Part shown: positions 63,743 through 64,000 of the stretch, piece by piece
How the letters are laid out: each line of letters starts with the position of its first letter
Position numbering within the stretch: the stretch's first letter is position 1
Source: a phage
Assembly: GCA_018509705.1 (NCBI GenBank)
Contig: GCA_018509705.1_3630.1
Strand: one strand, 5' to 3'
DNA length: 64,000 bases
Notes under the pieces: generated by a model
Told to the model about the DNA's origin: nothing
Databases searched by the model: none
What the model saw: only the letters and a program-made list of their open reading frames with translations
Translations under genes and position numbers: made by a program

Positions 63743-64000
63743 TCAGAAAGGGATCGAGTCATCGAACTCATACTGTGCTGGATTCTGGCCCATCGGGTCA
63801 TCTTCCTCGTCATTTACAGGAGGAGCGTCTACAGTGTTTTGCTGTGGAGCGGCTTCCTGTTTGGCAGTTTGAGGTTCTTGATGGTCAGTTGACCCAGCCC
63901 CGTTCTTGATCCAATCGTACAACGGCTCAGCCAGATTAGTCAAGACATCTTTTGCTTCTGTAGTAATTGCCACTGCAAAATCATCAACTTTCGTTTTCTT
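63743..64000 (-). CDS. ssb: single-stranded DNA-binding protein, C-terminal part (gene starts beyond window end)
   Basis: Gln/Pro-rich linker ending in acidic tail EFDDSIPF, like bacterial SSB DDDIPF. Confidence 0.5.
   Translation of the reverse strand, partial: KKTKVDDFAVAITTEAKDVLTNLAEPLYDWIKNGAGSTDHQEPQTAKQEAAPQQNTVDAPPVNDEEDDPMGQNPAQYEFDDSIPF

Noticed and set aside
1-64000. Integrated prophage or plasmid context (integrase, attachment site, host genes, rRNA)
   Set aside because: No integrase, recombinase, rRNA or host housekeeping gene is recognisable; content is uniformly phage-like, so the window is treated as a virulent phage genome segment.

Overview
This window reads as a gene-dense segment of a large virulent dsDNA bacteriophage (tailed phage with T4/T5-like gene content; no integrase or attachment site seen). 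All calls come from reading the sequence and the supplied ORF track; no database search was run, so every homology statement is motif-based and unverified. Layout: 1-6.6 kb is minus-strand (terminase-like ATPase fragment, spanin pair, a cluster of 6 tRNAs plus one aberrant tRNA-like element, a GC-rich structured island, and a kinase/phosphatase pair). 6.7-46.5 kb is one long plus-strand block: RNA ligase, Sir2-like protein, ATP-dependent DNA ligase, endolysin, flap endonuclease, resolvases, two DNA methyltransferases, ThyX, NrdA/NrdB/glutaredoxin, an NrdD gene split by two apparent group I introns, NrdG, PhoH, a ClpP-like protein, an HPF-like protein, and a long run of small acidic paralogous genes. 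46.5-49.0 kb is about 2.4 kb with no convincing ORF but dense iterons, direct repeats and palindromes. 49-64 kb is minus-strand: about 45 small early-type genes, each with its own promoter, recurrent leader hairpins and a repeated 44-bp palindromic element, plus a TARG1-type macro domain protein, an HNH endonuclease and the C-terminus of an SSB. The strongest candidates for something new are: (1) an RNA-repair cassette (kinase + metallophosphatase + RNA ligase + receiver-like protein) sitting directly beside a Sir2-like protein; (2) the phage-encoded macro domain; (3) the tandem array of at least 11 divergent small acidic paralogues with a duplicated sub-module; (4) the non-coding iteron/palindrome hub; (5) the HPF homologue; (6) the promoter-hairpin and palindromic terminator-promoter architecture of the early region.
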